From assembly GCA_032718475.1 (NCBI GenBank), contig JAUCBJ010002351.1, positions 1 through 40,669 on the forward strand: DNA of 40,669 bases, written 5' to 3'. The notes under the pieces are model-generated. The model was not told where the DNA came from. It saw nothing but the letters and a program-made list of their open reading frames with translations, and ran no database searches. Position numbers and translations under genes: made by a program. Below, piece after piece: positions 23,937-34,862 of this stretch (the stretch's first letter is position 1; every line of letters starts with the position of its first letter). The DNA comes from Nemertoderma westbladi. Taxonomy: Eukaryota > Animalia > Xenacoelomorpha.

Positions 23937-24880
23937 TAATATTGGTATTTTTCGTATAATTAAAAATACCGGTCGCATTTCTCTATGGGTAGGCTATTAA
24001 TAATTCTGAAATGTATAGCGCGCCCTGGTCACTGGAGGTTATTCTGCTTGACTGGGTCTGGGTGCGACTTTGCTTTTGGGACGGGGTGCTGATTGAAGGG
24101 GGGGTTGAAGGGGTGAACTGTCCCCCTTTTCACTTTGACTGATTTGCGGTTTTGTTAAATTTCTTGGATTATTATAGTTGTTGTGATGCTAAAATTTAAT
24201 TTGTCTTTGATAATGTATTATTTTGTTTCATATTGTTTAGACCTTAAATTTTCATAATATATTAGTTGAGTTTTTGTTTATACATTTGCTCTATAATATA
24301 TTATTGGTATTTATTCAAAAAATTGAATGAAACTGTTATCACTATTATTATCTTACTAGAACTACTGACACTAATGTGGAACAGCTAGGATATTTGCGCT
24401 TTGTTTGTGTTTTAGTTTTAGTAACTATAGCTACCCCTTTCTATTGTTAGTTTTTTTCTATAATGCAGCATTGGTTGATTGCCTTAGCAGCCGGTGTTGT
24501 AATATTCGTAAGGAAATGGAGTCTGCATTTATAATATAGGGTGGTTCTATGGTGGGTTCAGGGTCATCACTCGCTCGGTGTCCTGGTTGTGCATCATGGG
24601 CATTTTTTCATAAATATTCGGTAACCTTAAATCTTGTAAACGTGCTTGATAATGAAATTATTTGCTTCATATTATATTTTTGTTAGTGGTGGCAAAGTTT
24701 AATTTTTTATTATGTGGGACGATCGACAAAGTCAGCTAGCCTCACGCCTTACAGTTTAGACAATTGTTTAGTTTAAGCCTACTTACTAGGCCTACAGCTG
24801 ACTGACATAGTTCATTTGTAATAGTCTTGGCTAGGATTCTTCCCCCGGGCTCCTTTCAGCCAGTTTGCTGGCTTTCTAGT

Positions 24881-25829
24881 TAAGTGACACACTGAGAAAC
24901 AATTAATAAAATTAAATAATATATCCAGCAATATTTCGGCCACAAGCCTTTTACTAGCTGTAGGGTAAATGGTTTACAATAGAAATTATAACATTACAGC
25001 AACAGCACAAAACAGTACGTACTACTGGTGACACCGCTACCGGTGACAGTCTAGGCTACATAATGGGGGGGGGGGGGGCACACATTACATACTGTAGCAC
25101 TAAACTAACCATTACTACTCTACATGGGATGTTATAAATTTGTTTGGCCGCTCGGCACTATTGCTACTATGACTTTGCTAGGTAGCAATCCCCTTTATTG
25201 GAGGGTGATAATTGCTGCTGTTATCCATACATATATGAGTTTTATCCTCAAAAAAAGTGAAGAAAATTAGAGAAATTGTAGAAACAAGATATGAGATGTT
25301 TTATCTGCTTGATATTCTGCAGTGAAGTCTATACAGCGGTGGTGTTTAGAGTTAGTTAAATCACTTAGTAGTGAACACCACAGCCATTAAACAGTGCAAA
25401 ACAGTCATCGCAAAAGCGACGGTATATATTAGGGAAAACTCCGAACGACAATGTATTCCGAGTCCTGCTGACATTAGTGTGGAATATAAATTGCTTACAA
25501 TCAATTCGGATCAATTAATTTACAGTAAACATCCCACCCTTATTGCTTTAGCTACAACACACATTAGCTACTGAATTATATATACACAGTAGCATACAGT
25601 AGAATACGTAGAATTATATGATAATTGTTAATCTTAGTACGTGTAGGCCTACGCTCTCGCTAACTGTCACCGGTACCGGTGTCAGCAGTAGTACGTACTG
25701 TTTTGTGCTGTTGCTGTAATGTTATAATTTCTGTTGTAAACCGTTTACATTTATAATAAAAGGCCTGTGGCCGAAATATTGCTGGAAATATTAATTAATT
25801 TTATTAATTGTTTCTGAGTGGATCACTTG
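24881..25829. mobile_element. Element of about 950 bp with terminal inverted repeats of about 170 bp
   Basis: 24881..25052 is an inverted copy of 25660..25829 (e.g. AGAAATTATAACATTACAGCAACAGCACAAAACAGTACGTACTACTG). TSD unclear. Confidence 0.8.
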
Positions 25830-25975
25830 TAAAAAGATCTTTCTTCTCTATCCTGCTATCCACTCCAGATAGATATTAATAATTGTGGCTGTAATGGTTC
25901 ATGGTTAATATACACTATCCTTTCATTGTAGCGAGTGGTTAAAGACGGTAAAGTGAGCACAGTTCGTTCCCATAT

Positions 25976-26114
25976 AAATTGCGGACCTACAAGATATCAG
26001 TAAGTATTTTCAGGTCTACCTTTTATCGAATCGCTAGCAGAATGAATGGTTAGAACGTCAGACATCCAACCTGGAGGTCACCAGTTCAATACTGGACGTC
26101 GTTACCGACCTTGC
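25976..26114 (+). repeat. Repeat with an internal tRNA-like segment (copy 1)
   Basis: Inverted homolog of 27548..27690; A-box-like AATGAATGGTTAGA and B-box-like CAGTTCAATAC. Confidence 0.6.
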
Positions 26115-27547
26115 TAATCTGTGCCCAGTCAAAATTATTGTATTGTATTGTTGTATTGTTTGATATGTCTTTTGGTGGCATTATAGTATACATTGATGGA
26201 AAAGGGGAGAGGTAGTTGTAGATGGTTGTTTGGCGGATAAGTACATACCACTGTACCTACATCCGCCAAAACATACAATACAACATATCCTAGAATATAG
26301 TGTCTTAATTCAGACACGCACCTTTCAGTACAGACTAACTTTTTCTAGAAATAGCACATGCAATTTGGAACAGAGAAAGTTTTACCTCACAACTCTTTAG
26401 TGGGTTTTTTAGGTTTTCTTTTTGCTCTCAATAGTTTGGTCATACACGTATTTAAATATGATTGTACGTCGATATACCACTCGCAGAAGACCAAGCCAAT
26501 AGGCCTCCAAGAAGGAGCAAAAACCCAAAAGCAAGTCGACGACTATACCAGAGGACTTTATTTAAACTATGAACATTATAGTTATGTTCAGTTTCATACG
26601 TAGACATCATTTTTAATGTTTTGTACTGTGTACACATCATAGATACTGCGTGTGCAATGACACGTGTTGGTATATATTTGCAAATATCGGTATCTAATTA
26701 CGGAAGAATTAATATAGTCAGTCTATTAGTTAAATTAAATTATCTGGCGTTTTATAACTTACGAATTAATGATCTGTATGTCAAACATTGTTTTTTAATT
26801 TATTATTGGTGTTTTGGGTTAAATCACATTAGACAACCAAATTTGTTCCCTGACTATAATTTCGCCAATATCAGGTTTCTCAGTAATCAACATGGACAAA
26901 GAGGCCAAGGTATGGGTCCGTTCGACTCTTGTCTGAATCATAGAAAAAACGTACCTTGAATGCTAAGTAATAAATAACAAAGTAATTTTTTTCAATTGAT
27001 GAAATAGGCATGTGGAGTTGAGATGGGACGGGATTGTTATCGAAAATGCGGATTTGAATTGTATTTTAATGAGATTGAAATGAATGAATACAGCTAATAT
27101 TCTTCTCTCCGAGGGGGATCTGTGTTCCAAACAAAACTCAGAAAAAAATTATTAATTGAAATCTGTCTGGATGTAATGACTCAGTAAATGCACACGCAAC
27201 ATAGTTTATGTCACACGGACATATACCGCCATGCCATACTATAATTAATCATATGTTACGTTAGAAAGGCTCATATATATACTGTAGGTTTACGCGCTGC
27301 TAGAGGGAATGCAATTCACAGAATTCAGTGTTATGATTGTGAAATTCGTGTCCTCGCATTGTAAAGTAGAACAAGAATTGCGAAGTTACTTTTGTTTCCA
27401 TAAATTAATATTTTAAAACGAAATAATATAATTTTTGCACAAATGCACAAGCACACACAAAAAAATTGTATACCAGAGACTGAAATTCGAATTCAACAAA
27501 CCAAACAGCCACAAATAAAATGTTTTAATTTTTTTGGGCACAGCTTT

Positions 27548-27690
27548 GCAAAGTCGGCAATGACGTCCAGGTGGGATCAAACTGGTGACCTCCTCCGGGT
27601 TGGAAGTCTGACGCTCTAACTATTCAGCTTGCGGCTCAGGTAAAAGTTAGAATTGGAAATACTACCTGATACCTTGTATGTCCGCAATTT
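27548..27690 (-). repeat. Repeat with an internal tRNA-like segment (copy 2)
   Basis: Minus strand ...AGCTGAATAGTTAGAGCGTCAGACTTCCAACCCGGAGGAGGTCACCAGTTTGATCCC; homologous to 25976..26114. Confidence 0.6.
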
Positions 27691-27803
27691 AACTTCTCTT
27701 GGCCTCCCATCTGTCACACATCCAGCACAGTGGCAGCAGATGATGGTATTGACAGATGGGAGGGGAGGCCATGATGAGGTAAATTGGGGATATACACGGT
27801 ATC

Positions 27804-29593
27804 TGTCACGGTGACTACCTCATACAGTCATATATGCCAGTACTGCAGTACGCAGATATGGCAGTATGGAGGAAGCCGTTTAGAAAGTTTCAATATAAAA
27901 AAACGCCGAAAGGGACGAACCGCAATCTTATATATAAAATACTTTCTTGGTCCCCGAGCCAGACCAGTCAGTCGTTATGCTGGGCCCTTCTGTCAGCTAT
28001 GTTCTCTTTTTAATAAGAGAATTGACACTGTCTATCTAATTATGAATTAATTACCTTACTATAAAATGTGTATAAAATGTGCTCTGCATATGCCAACCCA
28101 ACCCAAAGTCCACCCCGATTGGCCCACCCAAAGTCAGAAAGTCGCCCAAATACAGAAATGTCCACCCTGATTAGCCCACCCAAACAGCCAAAGTCTGAAA
28201 GTTGTAAGAGATAAATAATGAATAACGTGAATAGCGTACGCTCCAGGCAGCCAGGACGGTAGAAAGGTGCCAGGATCTGAGGCTGGACAGGTTTATCCGA
28301 TTATATGAGTAATCTGGTCGTTAGATAGTTCGGTAGTTAATCGTAAAATCTCCTAAAAAATCAGAACATTCACCAGCACTAACTCTGACTATGATTAAGA
28401 CAAGCTGACAAGGTCTGTACCGCTGTACCGGTAACAGTATACAGTATGTTCCGCAGTTACTGATTCCAAGCCTGTACAGTGCCAGCTGTCCTGTCTCTTT
28501 TTTGGGCTTACATTTTTGAGGCCTCAGAAACCAGCTAGTCCCAACCGCCGGGCGTACGCAATACCGCTCTCCTAATTTTTTCATATAATATAACAAATTA
28601 GCACAAATAGTACGCCCATTTGCCTCTAAAACTAAAAAACCTTCATGGGCAATAAATCAATAAACTAAATAATATTACACTTTAATCGTATTAGAGTTTG
28701 TATAGTGTATATATAGAGTACATCCAATATACCTCCAATGAGGTGAGAGAAAATAAAACGTACAGTAGGACTCGATCATTGACCGCGGACCTGAGCATTA
28801 TTGGTCGCAAAAGAGTTCTGAAGTTATCGCAATATCAATGAGCTGGTTTAGAGGACTAAATAATCAATCGTTGGAGAACCAGTGATGCAGAAATCGAAAG
28901 ACGAGCACCAAAGTCGAGCCGCAGTCATTAGAGAACCCTGATCAAATCTATTATCTAAATAATATTTTTCGTAACTGATAGCGATAATATTCGCCATTGT
29001 GATATCTTCTGCTTGTCATATTAATCGGTAGATGAGCGTCTCTGGTAGATAATTCAGTATTTACCGCTCATATTATAATTAATTTTTCTTCATTCCGTTT
29101 ATGAAAACCTTTGCTGGGTTTATTTCCATAAGTGATGATACAATGTCAATAGGAGTTAAAATCATCAGGACTACTTCGAATTTGGCACAGCCTCGGAGAT
29201 GATAATATTTTTCGTACCCAGGATATTATGTAATCCATAATCCTTCCAAATCACCCCCCACAACCCGACCAACTGCATCCCACATCCCATATAATGCAAA
29301 CCAAACCGCACCCCACATCCCATATAATACAAACCTAACCCTAGAGCTCATTTTCCTTTTCGAGTGGGTTTTTTTTATTTATTTTTTTTTATTATTGTAC
29401 TTTCGGTTTATAAAATTACGAAAACCGAATGAAAAATATTACCCGAGGACAAAAAAAGTGTTTTTTGGGAGTTCTGAGCATATTTTTAATTTAATTAAAA
29501 TACTTTATTCATTCTCAAAAATAAATTTTATTTCAGAACTCAAAATAATGCGGCATTTATAAGGTAGCAAAAAATAAAAAATATTTTTAATTA
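27804..29593 (-). repeat. 3' LTR of element 2 (right boundary inferred)
   Basis: Starts TGTCACGG; the first 504 bp are confirmed by the other LTR. Right end inferred from PPT-like GAGAGCGG (minus, 29594-29601), similar to the element 1 PPT, though no terminal CA is present. Confidence 0.55.
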
Positions 29594-32500
29594 CCGCTCT
29601 CATGCACATTTACGTTCTGTGGTGTGTTGTGCAACGCCATTTCTGAGTCTTGTTCTAGGAGGCAGAGTTTGCGAATAGGACGTTCTAGAACCTGACCAGA
29701 GGGTACCTTTAATAACACACTTCGCACAAGTCCATCTTTGCCGATTTTTGGCTCAATAACCTGAGCAATTTTCCAATTTTTGCGAGATATCAGTGGTTCA
29801 TGAATCAAAACTAAATCTCCAGTTTTAACATTCTCTACTCTGCTGAACCATTTTGTACGCAGTTGTTGACTGGGTAGATAGATAATACTGCAGCCAAATC
29901 CGCCAGAATGTATTTGTTAAAAGTTGCAAAGTTTTCCACATGCGTTTTGAGTTGATGTCTCCATCGTCAATCTCGCTGATAGGTACCATTGTGGCTCTCT
30001 TTGTATACAAAAATGTGCCGGTGTAAGTGCTTCCACACATTCAGGTGAGTGTGACATCTTTGTTAAAGGTCTCGAGTTTAATACACACTCAACTTCACAG
30101 AACAATGTCCGCATAGCCTCATCATCGAGGTATGTGTAGTTTAATTCAGCAGGCAATATCTTATATAAGGATCTCTTGACACTTTGGACTAATCGCTCAT
30201 AAGTGCCACCATACCATGGTGAATATGGTGGTGTGAAGTCCCAGTCTATAAATTGGATCTGATAGTCCTTCAATGTTTCTTCGACTAAAACATTATTCCA
30301 ACCTTCAATTGACTTAGATATCTCTTTGTTAGATGCAACAAAGTTGCCACCATTATCAGACGTTATAGATTTTGGTGTACCTCGTCTGGTGATGAATCGC
30401 CGTAAAGCCAGTAAGAAAGAGTCCATATTAGCGTGAAACATTAGATCGATATGAATGGCACGAGTTGTCATACAGACCATTAAAATGCCCCATCGTTTGA
30501 TTATTGATCTCGCGCGTTTGACCTCAATTGGTCCGAACATATCAATCCCACAATTTGTGAATGCAGGTTCAAAAATGGCAAAACGGGTTTCTGGTAAATC
30601 TGCCATCTGTTGTTGCATGAGTGGTGCATTAAAGCGTTGACATGGTAAGCAAAATTTCATGACATTTTGTAATGTTCTCCAGGGGTAGATGAGGTAATAA
30701 TGTTGTCGTAAATGAGCTAATATGTGATCTCGCCCTGCATGGTTAAGATCCAGGTGGGTATCATAGATCAACTGTTGCAATAACAATGGCTCTCTGATGA
30801 GTATTGGATGAATTGTGTTTTGTGATACTGGAGCAAATGTTAAGCGAGTTTTAACTTTAACAAGTCCATCTATCATGGTGGTATTGTATTTAGATGGTTT
30901 GATTGGTTTATCATGTTGGTGTTGGGAATATAGATTATCATCAGACAGCACTTGAGAGAGACGCAAACGTTGTTTGAGAGTCACTGAACGTTCTTCTGCA
31001 GTAATTGGTTGCAGAAAATGTTCTGGGATTGTGGTCACATCCTGGGCTTTCTTCCAACATCTCCAATGTGTGTATCTCTTAATTCGACATGGCTCATCTA
31101 TTGTTTCTCGTAGAGACTTATTGTTCCTCAAAACATCTTCAAGCCAAGGACTCAAACCCCTAGAGATATCTGGAAAATTTGCATCTGTCGGTTGCTTCTG
31201 GTATTGTTCATTGACTACTGCAACCACCTCAGTTAATCCTTGCTCTTTATAGGACTGATTAACACTATATTTATTACCTTTAATTAAAAGTTTTGATCGT
31301 TTTGGTTGTGGTTTAGATGGTATGGTCTCCGCTCTCGCAGGGAGCTGTAGATCCTGAAGAGGTTCAGGCCAATACTCTGCTGTCTTAGAAAGAAAGTCAG
31401 GGCCATTCCACCATACCCTGTTGTTGATTATCTCATCAGCATAAGCTCCACGTGATGTGAGATCTGCAGGATTGTTGACACCTGGTACATGAAACCACTG
31501 CTCTACTTGGGTGAATTTAAAAATATGATTCACTCGATTGGTAACATAAACACATAGTTTATGTTTTTGATTATGTAGGTATTGAATTACAAGTGATGCA
31601 TCTGTCCAATAGAATAAGTGCAATTGTATAGTGAGTTCCTTAGAGATCATTCTAGACAGGTCTACACCCATAACTGCAGACTGCAATTCTGCGCGTGGTG
31701 TCATTAGTCCCTTGGTTGGCATCACACGGGATTTCGATGCCGCAAATGCAACCTGTATATTAGAAGGGGATGCTTCGAATCGCAAATAAGCCACTGCTCC
31801 CATGCCCTTTGAACTTGCATCAGAAAATATATGCAGTTCCAAAATGTCATGCTTTCGGAGTCCTTTGAAATATGTTCGCTTAATACGTAGTTGTTCAATA
31901 TTCCTGAGATCATTTTCCCATCGTCGCCAATCTTTTTGGAGTTGAATAGGTAGTGGATCATCCCAGTCAAGGTCTTCTTGCCACATTTCTTTAATCAATA
32001 ATTTTGGCAATAATATTACAGGGTTGAGAAATCCTAATGGATCAAAGACCCCAGCAAGTTTTGACAAACATTTACGTTTTGTAGATGAGATCTTCTGTAT
32101 GTCAATCTTCACCTTAAAGTAGAACTCATCTTCCAAGGTTGCCCATCTCATCCCTAAGATTTTAGTGACAGGTAAGGGATCAGAGTCCAGATCAATATCT
32201 GGATTTGCACGTTGATTGGCAGGGAATGATTCAAGAAACTCTTTGCTATTGCTGGCAAATTTGATTAAGTTGAAACCACCCTTCTTCAAGCAACTTTGAA
32301 CTCCGTTGTTTGGTCTTGTTCAGAATCAGCAACATCATCCATATATATGTTGGTTTGAATAGTTTCAATAACTGCAGAATCAAATTGATATTTATTATCT
32401 TCAGCAGTGCTATATATAATACTTTCACAGTTACTTGGTGAAGATATTACACCAAAAGGTTGAGTTGTCATCCAATATTGAGTGGGTTCTCCTTCTAGAG

Positions 32501-34757
32501 ATTCGTCAGGCCACCAGTAATATCGCAGGCTGTCTCTATCTATAGATGGTACTCGAACCTGCAGGAACATACCTTCAATGTCTGCGGTAAAGGCATAATC
32601 AAATTCGCGGAATCTGAATAAAATCCCATGTATCGAATGGAGAAGATTTGGACCAGCCATGTATTCAAAGATGTCTGTATTCAAAGACTGACCACGATAT
32701 TTTGCTCTACAATCAAAAACAACTCTAACCTTTCCAGGTTTGTTTTCATTGGTGACAAAGTGATGAGGCATGAAATAGGATCTTGGTCCGAAATCCAGGG
32801 AATGAGATGGGACAGGTTCAGCAGCTCCAATATTCAAATATTTTGTCATCTGTATATGATACATCGCAAGGTAATCTGGCTTTTGTAAAAGCCGTTTTCT
32901 TAATGATTTAACACGCCGCTTAGCTAAAGACTCATTATTAATTAACTGAGGAGGATCTTGGCGCCATAATAATCCTACTTCATAGTGACCATCAGAGAGT
33001 TTTTTGCGAGTTCGACTCTGGATCTCAATGGATCGCTGTTCTTCAATGGAGAAACCAATATCAGTTTCATGAGGGAGGTAGGCATCTACATCAAGCCAAT
33101 TTCGGATTGTTCTATCTAGTTGGAGGTCTCTTTCAAGATTATGACTTTCATCATTGGATTCATCCTCTGATATGCTGGTAGGACTACTTTCAATTGTTAA
33201 TAAGGATTTAATATCTGCACAAATATCAAACTCTTGACCATTATCATTAAAGATATCATCCAACTCTCGTTGCATGACATTCTCAAAACATTGACAAACA
33301 GATTCATTTGTACTTGACTCAGTAAAGTTAATATGAGTGGTGCTACGTTCCTGCAGAGTCCTATCTGAAGGACCAGAGCAGTACCACCCAAGTGATGTGA
33401 GAGCTGCAAATGGCTTTGTCATCCGGTCTTCCACCATAGGGTCTGCTGGGATGACTTCTAGAATCCTGAAAATTTCAGGGCAATTCTGTCCCAGCAACAT
33501 CATAATTTTAGGATAACTTGAGTTTGGGATAGGAATATTATTATCCTTGACGAAATTATCATCCTTCCAATCATAAGGAATGCCAAGTGAATCAGCTAAT
33601 TCCTCCATATGGATAAACTTTACATTTTTGGCTGTCTGTCCATTAAAACTACTTAGAGCTGGACTTAGGTTAGCCTTAGCTACCACTGTACTAATTTCCT
33701 TACGCCAAGAGACAACTGTCAAGCGAAGTTTTGCAGCAGTGTGATCAGAAAATACCTGGTCGAATATTGTACTATCCAGGAATGAAGATGAACTGCCAGT
33801 GTCAATAAGTGCATGAACAATGCAAGATGACTTGTCGCCAGTGATCTTCAGGGTAAGAATTGGAAATTCACGAACTACTTGGCCCCCTCTGTGAATACGA
33901 CAGATTACAATTGAAGAGGAGTCCGACATTTCACCCTCAGAGTCAAATTCACTTGAATTCATTTTGTCATCATCAGTATCAGAAGAGACTGCATTTACTT
34001 TAGTTTCAAAGTGCTTCTGGTCATTACTTGACATCTCCAGTATATGAAGTATGGTATGATGGCTTCGACCACACTTGCGACATTTATTTTTATTTTTACA
34101 TTGGGATTTCCTGTGCATATTTGATAAGCAATTATAACAAAGACCTTGAACCTTACAATAATCTCTTCGTTGATCTAGTGTCATGGCAAGAAAATGTTCA
34201 CATTTGTATAGGGGGTGTGGTCCTGTACACTGAATACATTTCTGCTCACCTGTAGCTTTGGATTCCTTCTGTTGGTCTTTCAAATTACTCTCCTTAATAT
34301 AATCTTTCTTAGATTGAGGAAGGTTGATTTGCCCAACATTGGCTCTGTTCACTGTTTCGTCATCTTGTCCGGAATCTACAGCAAGGTTAGTTTTCATAGA
34401 CTTTACCTTTCCCTTAGTTGATTGATCATGAGATTCCGAGAAGTAGAGTAAAATCTCAACTTCTTCTTCTAAGAATTGGGAGAAATGTGAGGCTGTGATA
34501 GCTGTATTTGATTATTGGTAGTAACAATGTGTTGGCAAGCTGTATTTTTCGAGGTGTTTGTTATTATACATTTTATTATAAGAAGGGATCTAGGGGGTCT
34601 TAACCTCGAATGATAAGTTTATTTTACCGAAAATAACTTATCTTTTATTGGCGCAATTGTAGGGCTAATCCCATCCATGCATACTTTTTAACCGGGTAGT
34701 GTACAAATTTAGGAATCGCGTAATTTTTCTTGAAATTAATATCTCATATCTCTCCAA

Positions 34758-34800
34758 ACCACGTACGCGTTTCGACCTTACTGGGTCTCATCAGCGTGGT
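34758..34800 (-). ncRNA. Type I minimal hammerhead ribozyme
   Basis: Minus strand ACCACG-CTGATGA-GACC-CAGTAA-GGTC-GAAA-CGCG-TA-CGTGGT: intact core, 6-bp stem I, 4-bp stem II, palindromic ACGCGT stem III, GUA triplet. Confidence 0.92.
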
Positions 34801-34862
34801 GTCGGATTCGAACCTGGGACCTCGAGGCGGAAGCCGAGACTACAACCACTAGGCCACAGGTT
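34798..34862 (-). promoter_or_regulatory. tRNA-derived internal Pol III promoter (A and B boxes) fused to the hammerhead
   Basis: Minus strand TGGCCTAGTGG (A box), CTCGGCTTCCGCCTCGAG (anticodon-arm-like, TCC), GGTTCGAATCC (B box). Confidence 0.8.

Noticed and set aside
25750-25785. GGCCTGTGGCCGAAA, resembling hammerhead stem II plus GAAA, in the long TIRs
   Set aside because: The CUGANGA box is absent in both arms; at most an eroded relic.
29250-29262. Alternative element 2 LTR boundary at CA-CCCCCC
   Set aside because: It cannot be confirmed because the other LTR is truncated; the GAGAGCGG tract at the pol end matches the element 1 PPT better.
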